DNA from: Candidatus Bathyarchaeota archaeon
GTDB taxonomy: Archaea; Thermoproteota; Bathyarchaeia; Bathyarchaeales; DTEX01
Reading direction: 5' to 3'
NCBI GenBank assembly: GCA_963714275.1
Contig: CAVQNT010000006.1
Span: 416,001-480,000 of the forward strand
DNA: 64,000 nt
Shown: piece by piece, positions 33,569-45,494 of the stretch
How positions within the stretch are numbered: position 1 is the first letter of the stretch
How the letters are laid out: every line of letters starts with the position of its first letter
Position numbers and translations under genes: made by a program
The notes under the pieces: model-generated
The model's input: the letters and a program-made list of their open reading frames with translations, nothing else
Database searches by the model: none
What the model was told of the DNA's origin: nothing

Positions 33569-34943
33569 TTGAAGAAAACCAAGATCATTTGTACGATTGG
33601 TCCAGCCAGTCTTTCTCGAGACACGCTTGAGAAGATGTATCGCGCGGGAATGAATGGGGCCAGAATAAACACGGCTTATGGGACACTTGACCAGTACAGG
33701 GTTATCATCAGCAGCCTTCGAGAAGTGGCAGATATTCCGATAATTATCGATGTAAAGGGGCCTGAAATAAGGCTCAAAGCAAAAGGCAGGAGAACTATCA
33801 ATAAAGGCGACGTTCTTGAAGTAGGCAAAAACGAGGAAATAAGCTTCAACAACAACATTTATGACGATGTTGATATCGGTCAGAACGTTCTTATTGACAA
33901 TGGTAGGCTTAGAACACAAGTCATAGAAAAACAGAAAGGCGTATTGAAACTGCTTGCAACAACAAGCGGCGAAATAGATGACGGAAAAGGAGTCAACATC
34001 CCGAATAAGAAGACTCGCAGTTCCAACCCTCTCAAGTAAAGATCTGGAAATAGTAGATTTTGCGAAGGAGAATGATATTGAGTTCATAGCTCTTTCATTT
34101 ACCAGAAATGCTCAGGACGTAAATAACCTGAAGAAAAAGGCTTACGGGTTCAAGGGCGCAATCATTGCAAAAATCGAGAATTCTGAAGGCGTCGACAAAT
34201 TCAATGAGATCCTTAAAGCTGCAGACGGAATCATGGTGGCAAGAGGCGATTTAAGCGTCGAAATAGAACCTGAAAAGGTCCCTCTTGTCCAGAAATCAAT
34301 AATCAGAAAATGCAATCAAAGAGGAAAGACCGCTGTAACGGCAACAGAAATGCTTGAATCAATGACATACCAACCAATACCCACTAGAGCTGAAGTCAGC
34401 GATGTTGCCAATGCAATACTGGATGGAACAGAAGTAACAATGCTCTCGGGAGAAACAGCAATAGGACAGTATCCTGTAGAATCTGTCTTGATGATGTCTA
34501 GAATAGCGAACGAAACTGAAAAGGCAGTAGAAAATCACATCGAAGACGAAGGATTCATCAACATCTCAGACACCATAAGTAAGGCAGTCCAAAGGATATG
34601 CCAAGAAATGCCTGTGGACAAAGTCGTGACATTGACTAGGTCAGGCTATACAGCTCGAATGATCTCAAGATTCAAGATTCTTCAACCAATAATCGCCGTT
34701 ACACCTAATAAACGCGTCAAGAAACAACTGGAACTGTCGTTTGGTGTTTACCCTGTGCACATTGACTACATTAAAGAGGATGACCATATTCTCGCAACTG
34801 CAAATAAGCTTCATTCAATAGGCCTCATCCGCGACCAAGACACAATTCTTTTCACCGCAGCTTTCAGAACCTCTAAGCCACATTCGAGCAATCTAATTGA
34901 GATACACAACATCAGAGAACTTATACAGCTGACAGGAACATGA
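33569..34943 (+). CDS. pyk: Pyruvate kinase (frameshifted)
   Basis: KTKIICTIGPAS, DVKGPEIR, AKIE, MVARGDL, PTRAEVSDVANA, MLSGETA. Confidence 0.95.
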
Positions 34944-35140
34944 CAAACTACCTTTGGGAACGGACTCTCCATAGTATCTTAACAGGGGAATATATGCTAG
35001 CTGACAAAAAACCACCTCATAGTAGCTACAGGTACTACTGATTTTGGAGATAAATCTTTTACTCGTGATATTCTGCAGGTGCACAAGTGCGATAAGAGTA
35101 ATTAGGCAAGAGACGCTAATTATTGACAAGATCGTAATTA

Positions 35141-36940
35141 TTGTCGTCTTCAGGAGTGCTCGATTCTTTGAGTGTGAAAGATCCTGTGTGTGGAATGCCC
35201 TTAGATCCTGAAAAAACTGAGTTCAAAACGGAGTTTTTGACTAAACAGTATTATTTTGACAGTGAATATTGCATGCAAAGCTTTATTGAAGGCCCTAAGG
35301 TCGCCTATTTTTCCATGGAAGTCGGCATAAAGAGTGATATGCCAACCTATAGCGGTGGACTGGGGATTTTGGCAGGTGATGTGATTAGATCAAGCGCGGA
35401 CTTGAGAATTCCATTGGTTGCAGTCACTTTGGTCAGTAAGAAGGGCTATCTGAAACAGAAGATAATGTCCGACGGAAGGCAATTGGAATACCCAGAGGAG
35501 TGGGAGCCTTCAAAATTTATGAAATTGTTGCCAGCAACTGTGACAGTTAAAATCGGAGGAAGGGATGTCAAGGTCGGAGTTTGGGTTTATGAACAAGAGA
35601 GTCTGACCGGTGGAATTGTTCCAGTTTTGTTTCTTACGACCGATGTTGAAGGAAATGTCCAAGAAGATAGAGAAATAACAGATTTTCTTTATGGGGGCGA
35701 CGAGATATATCGGCTGAAACAAGAGATAGTCTTGGGTATGGGCGGTGTGAAAACCCTTGAAGCGTTAAACATCAACGTGAAAAAGTATCACATGAACGAG
35801 GGTCATTCCAGCCTTCTCACTCTCGAACTTTTGAAAAATAATGAGATGAACGCCGATAAAGTGAAAAATCTGTGCGTTTTCACCACTCACACGCCTGTTG
35901 AAGCTGCATTTGACAAATTCCCTTACGATCTGGTCTTGGAAGTGCTTGGACCTGAAGTGCCGCAGGAGGTCTTGAGGAAGTATGGTGGATCGGACCGATT
36001 GAATATGACGCTTTTAGCTTTGAACTTGAGCAAATATACAAATGGCGTGACAGAGGCGCATATGGAGTACTCGAGGAGGCTATTTCCCGGATACCACATA
36101 CAAGAAATAACAAATGGCGTTCACTCCTATACATGGACCTGCCCATACTTCAGACAACTTTTCGACACGTATATTCGAGGATGGGCAAACGAACCAGAAC
36201 TTCTCGTAAGAGTTGACGCAATTTCAAATGAGGAATTGTGGGAAGCTCACATGAAAGCCAAGAAAGAACTACTTGATTTTATAAGGCAGAGAACGGGCTT
36301 AAAAATGGATATTGACGCATTGACACTCGGTTTTGCAAGGCGGGCTACGGAATACAAGAGAGCAACTCTAATCTTTTCAGACATGAAGAGGCTCAGAGAA
36401 GCGAAAAGGCAAGGCAAAATTCAGTTAGTGTTTGCTGGGAAGTCGCACCCCAAGGATGAGGCGGGTAAGAAATTGATTAAAGACATCTACAGCTATATTG
36501 ACAGATTGAAGAATGAGATTGAAATAGTCTATCTTGAAAACTACGATATGGAAATGTCAGCGAAACAAACATCAGGCGTTGATGTTTGGTTAAATACGCC
36601 CCTGCCGCCTTACGAGGCTTCCGGGACAAGTGGTATGAAAGCCGCGCACAATGGCGTAATAAACTTCAGTGTCCTAGATGGCTGGTGGATTGAAGGTTGT
36701 ATTGAGGGCGTTACAGGCTGGGCAATAGGTCCATCACCCAATCAAGCAGTCAGCGAAGAGGAGAAAAGAAACAGAGAATTAACGGATCTCTACAGTAAGC
36801 TGGAATATCTCATAATTCCAAGATTCTACGAGGAGCGAGACAATTGGATAAGCATGATGAGAAACTCAATAGGAAAAGTTGCATATTATTATAATAGTCA
36901 TCGGATGATGCGAAGTTATGCGACATATGCCTACCTCTGA
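35141..36940 (+). CDS. glgP: Alpha-glucan phosphorylase with an N-terminal YHS domain
   Basis: KDPVCGM...YYFDS..C; YFSME, YSGGLG, NEGH, EASGTSGMK. Confidence 0.92.
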   Translation: MSSSGVLDSLSVKDPVCGMPLDPEKTEFKTEFLTKQYYFDSEYCMQSFIEGPKVAYFSMEVGIKSDMPTYSGGLGILAGDVIRSSADLRIPLVAVTLVSKKGYLKQKIMSDGRQLEYPEEWEPSKFMKLLPATVTVKIGGRDVKVGVWVYEQESLTGGIVPVLFLTTDVEGNVQEDREITDFLYGGDEIYRLKQEIVLGMGGVKTLEALNINVKKYHMNEGHSSLLTLELLKNNEMNADKVKNLCVFTTHTPVEAAFDKFPYDLVLEVLGPEVPQEVLRKYGGSDRLNMTLLALNLSKYTNGVTEAHMEYSRRLFPGYHIQEITNGVHSYTWTCPYFRQLFDTYIRGWANEPELLVRVDAISNEELWEAHMKAKKELLDFIRQRTGLKMDIDALTLGFARRATEYKRATLIFSDMKRLREAKRQGKIQLVFAGKSHPKDEAGKKLIKDIYSYIDRLKNEIEIVYLENYDMEMSAKQTSGVDVWLNTPLPPYEASGTSGMKAAHNGVINFSVLDGWWIEGCIEGVTGWAIGPSPNQAVSEEEKRNRELTDLYSKLEYLIIPRFYEERDNWISMMRNSIGKVAYYYNSHRMMRSYATYAYL

Positions 36941-37054
36941 ACATGAACGAGAGAAGACAAGGACCTATATGAAGGAGCAAATCTTATCTTCTTGAGATCC
37001 TCCTTGAGCAAGGAGTTCAATGGAAGCGACCGAATTTAGACAAAAAAGCTTTAA

Positions 37055-37315
37055 CTAGTCCTCTTCTGCGTCTCCGCTCTCTTCGTCCTCTTCTTCCTCT
37101 TCTTCTTCAGATTCGACTTTCTCTCTTTCCGTTAACTCTTTCTTTTCCTCTTTCTCAAGCTCTTCCTCTAAATACTTCCTAAAAACAGCTTCTTTATCTA
37201 AAGTCCATTCAACCATCTCGTTCATCATGTCACTGAAAGAGATTTCATACTCGCTAGCCAATTTCCTAACTTTCCGCTCATACTTTTCGAGGAGAGATAT
37301 CCTAACTTGAACCAT
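37055..37315 (-). CDS. RHH-like small protein with an acidic tail
   Basis: VRISLLEKYERKVRKLA...SFSDMMNEMV followed by poly-Glu. Confidence 0.55.
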   Translation of the reverse strand: MVQVRISLLEKYERKVRKLASEYEISFSDMMNEMVEWTLDKEAVFRKYLEEELEKEEKKELTEREKVESEEEEEEEDEESGDAEED

Positions 37316-37796
37316 CCTTTAGGCATCACCTCAAACTTAGAAATGTCTCTAGTTAAGATATTTTTATTGAGGTTAGTTATTTATAATATTGTTGTATAAA
37401 ATTGAGTCAGCTAGTAAAACTCTAAATAGTTTTAATATTTATTTCAGGAATGACCCTGAGCTCATCAGATTAATTAAAGTAAAAGTTTCGAAATATCTTA
37501 ATCAAGATTATAATGGGGATAAACAAAATGAATTTAAAATCACTTACGGAAGAAAATATCGAAAAGGTTTTAAATGAGCTTAACAAAAAAATCGCTATAG
37601 GTTTATCTAAAGAAGACCGAAAACAGGAGTTACTTAATTAGCTCAGCTAGCCACTCATGTCATGACAAATAAGTTAACAGTGCCTTCAATTGGGATTCTG
37701 GTCAAGATAAATGTGGTCAAAATGTTTTGGTCAAAACAGTTTGGTGATTATAATTTTAAATATTCGGATGGGCATTTGTGCTAGTAGTGGTGTGAT

Positions 37797-38074
37797 ATGG
37801 AACATTTAGAAATAGAAACTCTAAACACGAGCATCGTTGACTGGGTTCAGAAGAACTTCGTAGAAGCCATGATTCCGTTTCACATTGATAAAAAAGATTT
37901 TAAGTTTTACAGAGTCCTTAACATACCGAAGGTTTGGAAAGAAAACGACTATTGGATTGTAGAAGCAAAAATAGAATTTAGTTAAGAACTCAAAAAACGA
38001 CTACCATCGTTTTTCAAGTTGATGGTAAAGGAAATGTCATTGGATACAACGTCCCACAATTGACTGATATATGA
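37797..38074 (+). CDS. Hypothetical protein (frameshifted)
   Basis: ORF 37797-37985 continues in another frame (FQVDGKGNVIGY) to 38074. Confidence 0.45.
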
Positions 38075-38238
38075 TAGCCAAGATTTGTGAGCATTACCTC
38101 AAGCTTAGTGAGCTTACTAGTTTCTATAGTTCTTCTTTATCTCGATGATCTCTGACTAAGAGATAATAAAACTGTAATCTTTCTAAGCTCAGCTAGCAGA
38201 AAATTATATGGATTTTTTCTAATAAAATATGGCTTTAA

Positions 38239-38300
38239 AGAGTAATAGAAAGGAGAATAGAAAGAAGAAAAGAAAAAGATTAAAATTTAAGCCTCAAATC
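38239..38300. repeat. Short degenerate copy of the purine-tract/end-motif repeat
   Basis: 38239-38257 is the reverse complement of 54028-54046 (19 bp), followed by ttaaaatttaagcctcaaatc. Confidence 0.65.
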
Positions 38301-39182
38301 TTAATCTTTCTTATCAGCAGTTTCTTGTTTTTTTCTTTGGATAAGTGCGTTCACTGCGTTGGCAAGAGATTCGCATGCGGCTTCTCTGTCTTCAAGCGAG
38401 AAATCGAACTCTTGGTTCTCACCTTCTTTCTGGAGGTCTCGTGTCTGCCCTGTAACCAGCTGTTTCAGCTTCTCGTATTCGTATCTTAGCTGTTCTTGTT
38501 CAGCAGCGAAATTCGTCTCAGCTAGTCTGAGATTCCTTTGTGCATGATTCAGTTTCTCAGATGCTTCCGCCTCTTTCGGTCTCTCGGTCTTTTTCAAGAA
38601 AATTCCAAAAATGCCCTTTTTCGTTTGGGTTATGCGGCCCAGTTCTTCTCTGAGATTGTCAACATCGCGGGATAGTTTGCTGGTATCACGGTTTTTGCGC
38701 TCCTCAATCTCTTTTGACTTGGCAGCGTATTCTTTCTCGATTCGTCCAAGAAGGTTTCTGTTTTCCGAGAATCTTTTGGCAGCCCCCTCGCGAGAAGCCT
38801 CATTGTGCCGTACTTTTTCAAGATGGACCTTGATGTTCGAGACTATTTTCGAACGCTCCTTCATGTAATGTTCATCAACATTTATGGTGGGACTGGACTC
38901 AAACTCGGACAGAACGTCTCCTAGGCTGGCTAGCCAGCGGTCAAAGTGTTCGTAGAACGGTGGAAGGGCAAACCTCTGGCTCCCCAAGATGCGTAGGCTG
39001 TTGAAGGTTCTACCCGCAACCTCTTCCGGAGTCGGAACATGTTTCTCCTCCGAAAAGTAACTGCGGCTGGACCGTTGCCTCTTTTTTTTGGCTTTAGCTT
39101 TAGCCTTTTCATGCCCCGACCTTTCGTGCCGTCGACCATAGTCTTGGGGTGCACTTGCCCGCGGTTGGTATCCCATAAACAA
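38301..39182 (-). CDS. Coiled-coil hypothetical protein
   Basis: 293 aa, heptad-rich, LGSQRFALPPF motif. Confidence 0.65.
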   Translation of the reverse strand: MFMGYQPRASAPQDYGRRHERSGHEKAKAKAKKKRQRSSRSYFSEEKHVPTPEEVAGRTFNSLRILGSQRFALPPFYEHFDRWLASLGDVLSEFESSPTINVDEHYMKERSKIVSNIKVHLEKVRHNEASREGAAKRFSENRNLLGRIEKEYAAKSKEIEERKNRDTSKLSRDVDNLREELGRITQTKKGIFGIFLKKTERPKEAEASEKLNHAQRNLRLAETNFAAEQEQLRYEYEKLKQLVTGQTRDLQKEGENQEFDFSLEDREAACESLANAVNALIQRKKQETADKKD

Positions 39183-39278
39183 AATCGTCTACGATTAACG
39201 TATTTAATGCTTTGTTTCCATATTTTGCCATATTTTTTGGCATCACACATAAATTGCGAAAAATGTATTATTTCATGA

Positions 39279-39742
39279 ATGTTGGGTGAGGTGCCTGAAT
39301 TGACAGATTTGATAATCACAAGCCCCATTTTTGCACACAACAGCTTAATTCCAGCAAAGTATACGTGCGATGGCGAAAACGTGAATCCTCCACTAAACAT
39401 CAATGGAATTCCAGAAGGGACAAGGAGCCTCGTTCTGATAGTTGATGACCCAGATGCCCCAATTGGAACATGGGTTCATTGGGTTGTCTGGAGCCTTCCG
39501 CCAAAAGCAACAATCGAGGAAAACATGATTTCAGAAACTGAAGGATTAAACGATTTCAGGAGGCAACAGTATGGTGGACCGTGCCCTCCTTCTGGGACGC
39601 ACAGGTATTTCTTTAAGGTCTATGCTTTGGACACTGTGCTTGAAGCTGAAGTCCAAATTCGAGAAAGAAAGACGTCGAAAAGGCAATGTCTGGACACACA
39701 TTAGCAAAAGGAGAGATTGTAGGACTTTATCGAAGAAGATGA
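39279..39742 (+). CDS. YbhB/YbcL (PEBP / Raf kinase inhibitor-like) protein (frameshifted)
   Basis: YTCDGEN, DPDAP, WVHW, YGGPCPP, HRYFF. Confidence 0.9.
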
Positions 39743-39870
39743 CTTGTAGTGACTTACAAGTTTTTCAATGCCCCAAATGTTGACAATAACACAATGAATC
39801 GTGGATTAAAAAAATGGAAAAGGTTATTCAGAGGTGAAACAATAAGGGTAAAGATGTGCGGTGAAAGATT

Positions 39871-41112
39871 TTGAAGGCAACCATTATCGCTTCCGTAATG
39901 GGAGTTTTGGGCTTCAGCGAAGACGGGAAGGTCGCAGCAAGCAGGCTTTTCCCTAAGGAGGCGTCGAAAATGGCCTCGAAACTCGTGGACATCGAAACAG
40001 GAAAGGTCACTGACGACGTATCCGCTGTGGTTCAGGAACTGAAGCAAAAAGGCTACACGACATATATTTTTGAAAATAGCGTGTTAGGGCAGTCAGTTAA
40101 AATCCGACTTGGCGTAGACATTGAGGTAGCTGCCCCGTCGGAAATGGGCGAAAACCTCCGAAAAAAAATGGGCGAATACGCAGTAACGTTAGGGTTCGTT
40201 GGCGATGCTTCAGAGTTGGCACAGTGGGTACACAACGTTTCGATGGAAGTGTCCCAATTAAAGGTCAGGAAAGCAACCGAAAAAAGGGACCTCATGATCG
40301 TGCAGGCTGTTCAGGCTCTTGACGACATGGATAAAACCTTGAACCTTCTGTCAGAACGAATGCGCGAGTGGTACGGGCTGCATTTTCCAGAGCTCGACAG
40401 GATTGTTGATAACCACGATGTTTACGCTCAGCTCGTAAGCAATCTGGGCAAAAAAGAAGAATTCACCCAAGAAAACCTTGAGAAGCTTGATGTTTCAAAA
40501 AACAAATCTTCACAACTCGCGAAAGCAGCCAAATCGTCGATGGGCGGAACCCTCAGAGATCCGGACGTGAAACAGATTCAAGATTTGTGCCGTTACATAT
40601 TAGGGTTGTTTGAAGAAAGGGGAAATCTTGAGAAGTACATTGGGGAATTAATGGAGGAAGTTGCACCCAACACCTCAGTCCTAGCAGGAGCAACATTAGG
40701 CGCTCGGCTCATTGCCATAGTTGGCGGATTAATGAACTTGGCGAAGATGCCTTCAAGCACAATTCAGGTGTTAGGAGCTGAAAAGCTCTGTTCAGGTCAT
40801 TAACTACAGGTGCCCGTCCGCCGAAGCACGGCATAATCTTCCAGCACACCTCCATACACGGGTCGGAACGTTGGCTAAGAGGAAAAATTTCTAGAGTCTT
40901 CGCTGGAAGACTTGCCATCGCCGTAAGAACCGACGCGTTCAGTGGAAGACTTCATAGGCGAAAAGTTGAAGGCGGACCTTGAAAAAAGAATCGCGGAACT
41001 CCAAAAGAAGTACCCGGAACCTAAACCAAGATCGTCAGAAAGAAGACCCATGCAGTTTAGAGGTAAATCTGGACCACCGCAAAGAAGGAAAAAGTATGGA
41101 CGTAGGGGTTAA
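39871..41112 (+). CDS. nop5: Box C/D RNP protein Nop5 (frameshifted)
   Basis: [33 protein letters not shown]. Confidence 0.93.
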
Positions 41113-41797
41113 ACCTCACCCCTCTTTTCTAGGTGTTTACCAAGTTACGCTTGAAGATCGGTCACACAAAACTGCGACTTTAAACCTGTCCCCGGGCAGA
41201 AACGTTTACGGCGAACGACTAATAAAAATCGACAACACCGAGTATAGGCTTTGGGACCCCTTCCGCAGCAAACTGGCAGGCGCTATTCTGAAAGGCTTAA
41301 AAAATCAACCCATTAGACCAGACTGCAAGGTTTTGTATTTAGGCGCAGCTTCAGGGACCACCGCAAGCCACGTGTCAGACATCGTTGGAGACAAAGGCTA
41401 CGTGTACTGCGTGGAGTTTGCCCCAAGGTCAATACGGGACCTAATAGACAATGTTTGCAGGTTCCGAACCAACATGGCTCCAATTCTTGCTGACGCCCGA
41501 TTTCCAACTCAATACATGTCGATGGTTGAAACTGTTGATGTAGTTTACTGCGACATCGCTCAACCTGAACAGGCTAAAATTCTCGCGAACAACGCTAAAG
41601 TCTTCCTTCAAAGAAGCGGGTGGGTATTGTTTGCAGTGAAAGCCCGAAGCATCGACGTAACCAAGGAGCCTTCAGAAGTCTATAAACATGAAATCGGAGT
41701 GCTCAAAGAAAATGGGTTCGCAATTTACGAAGTGATCCACCTTGAACCCTACGACAAAGACCACGCCATGATAACAGCAAAATACACATCAAACTGA
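41096..41797 (+). CDS. flpA: Fibrillarin-like rRNA/tRNA 2'-O-methyltransferase
   Basis: YRLWDPFRSKL, LYLGAASGTTASHVSD, DIAQP, LEPYDKDH. Confidence 0.95.
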   Translation: MDVGVKPHPSFLGVYQVTLEDRSHKTATLNLSPGRNVYGERLIKIDNTEYRLWDPFRSKLAGAILKGLKNQPIRPDCKVLYLGAASGTTASHVSDIVGDKGYVYCVEFAPRSIRDLIDNVCRFRTNMAPILADARFPTQYMSMVETVDVVYCDIAQPEQAKILANNAKVFLQRSGWVLFAVKARSIDVTKEPSEVYKHEIGVLKENGFAIYEVIHLEPYDKDHAMITAKYTSN

Positions 41798-41910
41798 TTT
41801 TTATGGTCTATTCCAAAAAAATGCACTAACAATATTTTTTCGTGCTTATTTTAATCAGCTTTATTTAATTTTGAATCGACAATTAATGTAGACTTGGAGA
41901 GGCATTACCG

Positions 41911-43083
41911 TTGACCACACAAATGACGTCAAAAGAAAGAATGCTGACAGCTTTTCGAAACAAACAACCAGATAGGGTTCCTGCTTCACCTGACATTTCG
42001 AACATGATTCCAGCCAAACTTACTGGCAAACCTTTCTGGGACATCTACTTGAATGGGAATCCGCCATTATGGAAGGCGTACATCGAGGCTGTAAAATATT
42101 ACAAAATTGACGGTTGGCAATATGCTGGTCAGCTTGGACCTTTAATCGATTCGAATAAGGCTTTAAGACCCGTTAATGAGAATGATAAAAGAAAGTTCAA
42201 AAACGAGTTAGTTAACAAGACCGACGATGTCATCGTGGTTCGGACGTATTGTAGAACTCCTAAAGGCGAACTGTGGTCAGAAACACACTATTACAGGAAC
42301 CAGCCGCCGTGGACAACGAGGAAATACTTTAAAGACTTCGAGAAAGAATTCGAGCATCTACAATACTTTTACCCCGACCCATCCAACCTGAGCGGAGAAG
42401 CCTACTGGACAATAACAAAAGCCATGGGAGACTTGGGAACAACGGGATTATCCATCGGGCTGCCTGGGTTCCAAAACCTCTTCGAACTGATTGACGGCGG
42501 CTTACCTGAAATCTGCAGACTCTACATGCAGAAACGTCACCTCATTGAAGAATATCGCCGAATGTTCCACGACTACACAGTCAGCTACGCTGAAAGGGGG
42601 CTTCAGATTCAGCCCGAGTTCCTGATGATAGGCGCCTCTGGTCTGCTAACGTTGCAGTCACCCAAAATTTTCAGGGAACTCAGCCTTCCAACATTAAAGG
42701 AAGCCACCAAAATGGCTAAAGAAGCTGACATTCCTTCGCATCTGCATTCCTGCGGCAAAGAAACGTACGTAATCGAAACAGTGGTCAACGAAACTGACCT
42801 ATCATCCATCGAACCGTTGGAGCCTCCACCCGGAGGAGACTGCGACTTGGCTGAAATAAAGAAGCTTTATGGCGATAAAATAGCCTTAAAAGGCAACATT
42901 CATACAACAAGGTTGCTTATGGCTTCACCGAAACAGGTCGACATGATGGCCAAAGAATGCATAGAAGCAGCCAAAGAAGGCGGCGGATACGTACTTTCAA
43001 CAGGAGACCAGGTTGGAAGAGACACGCCTGACGAAAACATTTTAGCCATAGTTAAGGCAGCAAAAAAATACGGAAAATACTAA
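41911..43083 (+). CDS. Uroporphyrinogen decarboxylase / MtaA-CmuA family protein
   Basis: MTSKER, PDRVP, HLHSCG, KGNI, GGGYVLSTGD. Confidence 0.8.
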   Translation: MTTQMTSKERMLTAFRNKQPDRVPASPDISNMIPAKLTGKPFWDIYLNGNPPLWKAYIEAVKYYKIDGWQYAGQLGPLIDSNKALRPVNENDKRKFKNELVNKTDDVIVVRTYCRTPKGELWSETHYYRNQPPWTTRKYFKDFEKEFEHLQYFYPDPSNLSGEAYWTITKAMGDLGTTGLSIGLPGFQNLFELIDGGLPEICRLYMQKRHLIEEYRRMFHDYTVSYAERGLQIQPEFLMIGASGLLTLQSPKIFRELSLPTLKEATKMAKEADIPSHLHSCGKETYVIETVVNETDLSSIEPLEPPPGGDCDLAEIKKLYGDKIALKGNIHTTRLLMASPKQVDMMAKECIEAAKEGGGYVLSTGDQVGRDTPDENILAIVKAAKKYGKY

Positions 43084-43109
43084 GACATCATTTCATATAT
43101 TGTTGTAGG

Positions 43110-44400
43110 CTATGTGAGCCAAGGCGGAATCTTCTGTCCGACCAAAAGCGTTTCCAACGATTCTCTTTCCCTTACCAAGGCACATTTTCCGTCTTTAACT
43201 AAGACTTCGGTGCATCTTGGCCTTGAATTATACTGGGAGCTCATTGAAAACCCGTAAGCCCCAGCGTTTAAGACAGCCAGCAAGTCGCCTTCTTCGATTC
43301 TGGGGAGTTTTCTGTCGCGAGCTAAAAAGTCTCCTGACTCGCACAAGGGTCCAGCTACATCGTATGTTTCTGTTTCAGGTTCATTCAGCTTGTTCGCCAC
43401 AATTATTGGGTGGTATGAACCATACATTGCTGGTCGGATGAGCGTGTTGAAGCCTGCGTCTACTCCTACAAACTTTTTGTAAGGCGTAACCTTAACGGTG
43501 TTTACAGACTGTTAACAGAACCACAGCGTCACAGATTATGTAACGTCCAGGCTCAATGTAGAACCAAGGTTCACCCAATCTATATTCTCTGGTTTTTTCC
43601 TTGAAAAGGTTTAGAACCTTCTCGGCAAACTCGTCTATGTCCAATGGCTTCTCTTCTGGTTTGTAGGGTACTCCGATACCTCCTCCGACGTCGATGAACT
43701 CGAACTCTATGCCTGTTTCCCCATGAACTTGGTCAGCTATCTTCAGAAGCTTCTCTAAGGCCAGCAGAATAGGCTCAACACGTAAAAATCCGGAGCCTAT
43801 GTGCATGTGGATGCCAAACTTTTTTGCACCTGCTTTCTTGGCAATTTTGTAGGCGTCAACAACATCGTTTTCACAGATTCCGAACTTCGAGTCTTTTCCA
43901 CCAGTAACAACATGTTCATGGTGTCCAGCGCCAACCTCAGGGTTCACTCTTATGGACAACAAAGAAGGCGCAGAAAATTTTAGTAATCTCCTTAATTGTG
44001 AAAGTGAGTCGACATTGATTGTTGCACCTGATTCTGCGATGAATTTTCACTCATCATTCCTTACGTTTGTACCTGTAAACAGTATTTTCTTAGGTGGAAA
44101 GCCAGCTTTTAATGCGAGGAAAACCTCACCGGGACTAACAGCGTCTAACCAAGCGTCTTCAGTCTGAAGAATCTTTAAGACCGAAAGGTTCGTGTTTGCC
44201 TTGGCAGAGAAGAAAATCCTAATTTTATCGTAGTGTTTGGTTAAGGCTTCCTTGACACGACAGAAGTTATTCCTGATTCTGCGTTCGCTCATGACATACA
44301 AAGGTGTATCGAACTCTTTGGCCAGCCTAGAAGCTGACACGCCATCAATGTAGAGGACTCCGTTCTTGTTTTCGAATTCTTCGTTTGCAATTGTCGCCAT
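43110..44400 (-). CDS. lysA: Diaminopimelate decarboxylase (frameshifted)
   Basis: [41 protein letters not shown]. Confidence 0.93.
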
Positions 44401-44419
44401 AAGTTATGCCAGCTTTCCA

Positions 44420-45494
44420 TTAATTGCTGTAGATTTTTATCAAAGGATTTTTCTGGCTGCCATGAGACTCAGCGCTTAGTATGCCTGCTCCTGCTGCGCC
44501 TCTGATTGTGTTGTGCCCCAGACAAAGATACTTTGCAGTCATGATCGAGTCGCTTCTGACACGCCCAACCACGATGCTCATACCTTTACCTGCGTCACGG
44601 TCGAAACGTGGCTGAGGCCTGTCAACCTCTTCTCTGACAATTATTGGTCTTTCAGGCGCTGTTGGCAGCTTCAGTTTTTGTGGTTCTCCCGCGAAGTTTC
44701 GGAAGGCTTTCTTGATTTCGTCTATGCTCGGTTTCTGTTCCAGCTCCACGTACACTGCTTCCAGGTGACCATCCTTCACGTCCACACGGTTGCAGACTAG
44801 CGCTTATGGTCATGTTTGCAGGCTGAACCTGTTTGCCGTCAAACGTTCCCAAGAGTTTTCTGGTTTCGCTTTCCATCTTTTCTTCTTCGCCCGAAATGTA
44901 CGGAACCACGTTGTCCACAATGTCAAGCGAAGGCACACCTGGATACCCGGCGCCGCTTAAAGCCTGCATCGTCGAAACAATAAGTCTTTTCACGCCAAAA
45001 CCTGTCAGAGCCTTTAGCGTAATTGCGAGCTGAATTGTGCTGCAGTTCGGGTCAGTAGAGATGAAGCCGTTCCAGCCTCGGTTTTTCTTCTGAATTGGAA
45101 TCAAACCCAAATGCCCGGGATTTACCTCGGGAATTAATAGTGGAACGTCGGTTTCCATTCTGTGTGCGCTGGCTTTGCTGACCACTGGGTACTCGGTTGC
45201 GAACTCTGTTTCCACGGGTCCAGCTATGTTTCCTGGCAGCGCGGAAAAGACGAAGTCTATATCGCCTGCTTCCTTGACTTCTTTCAAGACTGTGTTGACT
45301 ACTGGCATTTCGCCTATTCCTTTAGGCATCTCCGATTCCAGCCGCCATTTGCAGGCTTCTCTGTATTTTTTGCCTGCTGACCTTTCTGATGCAGCAAGCA
45401 CGGCTATGTCAAACCATGGGTGTCCTTGGAGGAGCTCTATGAACCTTTGTCCAACTGCTCCTGTGGCTCCCAATATTGCGACTTTACGGTTCAA
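44420..45494 (-). CDS. asd: Aspartate-semialdehyde dehydrogenase (frameshifted)
   Basis: GATGAVGQRF, PNCST, QALSGAG, HNTIRGAAG. Confidence 0.93.

Noticed and set aside
39871-41900. Box C/D sRNAs near nop5-flpA
   Set aside because: No convincing paired RUGAUGA/CUGA boxes found by eye.
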